Assembly: GCA_964016885.1 (NCBI GenBank)
Contig: OZ024740.1
Location: forward strand, 210,304,001-210,368,000
Reading direction: 5' to 3'
From: Eledone cirrhosa
Taxonomy: Eukaryota
DNA length: 64,000 nucleotides
Shown: one piece after another, positions 63,771 through 64,000 of the stretch
How the letters are laid out: each line of letters opens with the position of its first letter
Numbering within the stretch: position 1 is the first letter of the stretch
The notes under the pieces: model-generated
What the model saw: only the letters and a program-made list of their open reading frames with translations
What the model was told of the DNA's origin: nothing
Databases searched by the model: none
Made by a program: the position numbers and the translations under genes

Positions 63771-64000
63771 ACGTAAAGCTGCAGAATTGTAAACAGCTGC
63801 CGACAAGTTTAAACGGAGATGCGCGTTCAATTGTGGCAGGAATGATTTTGTTACAGCAACTATAAATGTATGTAAGTCTATGACAAAACAGTTTTAGAAA
63901 GTCAACATTTTCGAGAGAAAAAAGATGGACGATCTTTTCATTACGTAACAAAAGTATGTGAACTGAGAGCCACAGATTGTTGAGGCAGTAATGTTATCGG

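Overview
AT-rich eukaryotic, repeat-dominated DNA with no host gene recognised. It is most likely octopus/cephalopod, inferred from the SINE families and the very long (TA)n/(CA)n tracts. Most ORF-track entries are microsatellite artefacts. Recognisable coding remnants are a DD37D (maT) Tc1/mariner transposase, a Naiad-type Penelope-like element (RT thumb plus GIY-YIG), RTE-clade LINE fragments, a Helitron fragment and a probable Chapaev3 transposase fragment; there are also tRNA-SINEs and hAT/mariner MITEs. The main signal is non-coding. By eye I find about 36 type-I hammerhead ribozyme motifs from well over a dozen sequence-distinct families. They sit in short non-autonomous elements inserted in (TA)n tracts, usually with an inverted partial copy at one end, and some show tandem or permuted units of about 480-560 nt. 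Several have non-canonical cores (U3-A8 covariation, U4C, U4A) or greatly extended stem II. This looks like a dense, diverse retrozyme-like system probably mobilised by Penelope-like elements. All ribozyme calls are manual folds; none is tested, and novelty was not checked against databases.
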